From sequence record SRR22947725_1442: a stretch of 37,113 bases of DNA, one strand, 5' to 3'. A program made the translations under genes and the position numbers. Shown piece by piece: positions 35,940-37,113 of this stretch. The notes beneath the pieces are model-generated. The model ran no database searches and had not been told where the DNA came from. It saw only the letters and a list, made by a program, of their open reading frames with translations. Position 1 is the first letter of the stretch, and the number at the start of each line of letters is the position of its first letter.

Positions 35940-37113
35940 CTATTCACCCCGAGGGAATCTATTATCATTTTCTACTTCATTTAAATCCATATGATTTCTC
36001 ATATAACGTTCAGACGCATCTTGTAAGGGCTGATAGTCCCAAGGGAAATAATTACCATTACGTAATGCCTCATAAACTATCCACCGCTTAGCTTGGCTTT
36101 CCCGAACATCAGTATCAAATTTATTTAAATTCCAGCGCTTTTCTGACTTAACTCGAAGTTGATTTAATGTTCCCTGATGTTTGTGAGTATTGACGAGATT
36201 AATTAATTCATTTGGATCTTCATCTAGATTGAAAAGTTGATCTTCATCTAGCAAGCATCTGTTATATTTCCATGGTCCGTATCTCAGGGATACCATAGGG
36301 GAATAAGAGGCCTCGGCAGCATATTCCATAGCTACTGGACTTGTACGCTCTCCACCTTGCCCTAAATGGACTAGACTTTCACCTTCACACCATGGTGCTA
36401 TTTCTTCAATAGATACATCAGCTAAATCACAAAGTGTTGGTGCGAGATCAATATTTGAAACTGGATAAGTGACTAGTCCTGGTTTCATTTTTGGCGAACA
36501 AACCATTAAAGGTACTCTTGCTGAACCTTCATAAAAAGACATTTTAAACCAAAGTCCTCTCTCACCCAGCATATCCCCATGATCAGATAAAAATAGAATT
36601 GTTGCTTCTTGTTTTGTAGCCTCCAAAGCTTCTAAAATCTCGCCAATTTTATCATCAAGATAACTGATATTTGCGAAATAGGCACGCCTTGAGCGCTTTA
36701 TATCATCATCAGTAATATCAAAATCCCGCCAATTATTAGCATCAAAGATACGTTTTGAATGGGTGTCATGTTTTTCGTATTCAAATGCAGAAACAGTGGG
36801 CATTAAATGTGCACAATCTTCGTACAAATCCCAATATTTTTTTCTTGCTACATATGGATCATGTGGATGCGTAAAACTAACAGTTAAAGACCATGGCCGG
36901 TTATCTTTACCCTTAGAAAGATCATAAATTTTTCGTTTTGCATTGTATGCCACTTCATCATCATATTCCATCTGATTAGAAATCTCAGCAATTCCTGAGC
37001 CCGTTACTGAACCCATATTATGATACCACCAATCTATTCTTTCACCTGGTTTGCGATAATCTGGTGTCCAACCAAAGTCAGCGGGATAAATATCTGTTGT
37101 TAAGCGTTCTTCA
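35940..37113 (-). CDS. betC: Choline sulfatase (5' end lies beyond the window)
   Basis: The frame stays open past the ORF-track ATG to the window end (EERLTTDIYPADFGWTPD..WWYHNM). SFTHPHDPY, SDHGDMLGERGLWFKM, YMRNHMDL. Confidence 0.93.
   Translation of the reverse strand, partial: EERLTTDIYPADFGWTPDYRKPGERIDWWYHNMGSVTGSGIAEISNQMEYDDEVAYNAKRKIYDLSKGKDNRPWSLTVSFTHPHDPYVARKKYWDLYEDCAHLMPTVSAFEYEKHDTHSKRIFDANNWRDFDITDDDIKRSRRAYFANISYLDDKIGEILEALEATKQEATILFLSDHGDMLGERGLWFKMSFYEGSARVPLMVCSPKMKPGLVTYPVSNIDLAPTLCDLADVSIEEIAPWCEGESLVHLGQGGERTSPVAMEYAAEASYSPMVSLRYGPWKYNRCLLDEDQLFNLDEDPNELINLVNTHKHQGTLNQLRVKSEKRWNLNKFDTDVRESQAKRWIVYEALRNGNYFPWDYQPLQDASERYMRNHMDLNEVENDNRFPRGE

Noticed and set aside
1-37113. 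CRISPR arrays, tRNA/rRNA genes, transposases, prophage or defence genes
   Set aside because: No regularly spaced repeats, cloverleaf or rRNA-like segments seen; nearly all sequence is accounted for by metabolic and regulatory CDSs.

Overview
AT-rich, very densely packed chromosomal window. Gene content and the GTTC-N7-GTTC SOS box suggest a streamlined marine alphaproteobacterium, probably Rhodobacterales (inference). From left to right: (1) a divergent ChvI/ChvG-like two-component pair. (2) A ~14.4 kb inositol/cyclitol catabolic island: PhyH-family Fe(II)/2OG dioxygenase, sugar ABC transporter plus a small membrane protein, LacI regulator, two extra Gfo/Idh/MocA dehydrogenases, an IolE-like enzyme, iolD, iolC, iolB, a class II aldolase and iolG. 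Three copies of the perfect palindrome (T)TGCAACCGGTTGCA(A) mark its promoters. (3) An accessory patch: DUF1059-like protein, DMT transporter, an active-site-intact Y-family DNA polymerase sharing a 43-bp divergent promoter and one LexA box with an unknown 100-aa protein, an atypical ureohydrolase, TauE, DenD-like dehydrogenase and transaldolase. (4) A urate-to-glyoxylate purine degradation cluster (puuD, LysR, uraH, puuE-uraD fusion, allA, allE-like, BhcR-like IclR) interrupted by maeB. (5) betC (truncated by the window edge), betB, betA. I saw no rRNA, tRNA, CRISPR array or transposase. The best candidates for undescribed biology are the SOS-controlled polymerase/small-protein module, the LacI-operator-linked PhyH dioxygenase of the inositol island, and the Glu-to-Cys ureohydrolase. 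All functional calls come from motif recognition by eye; no database searches were run.
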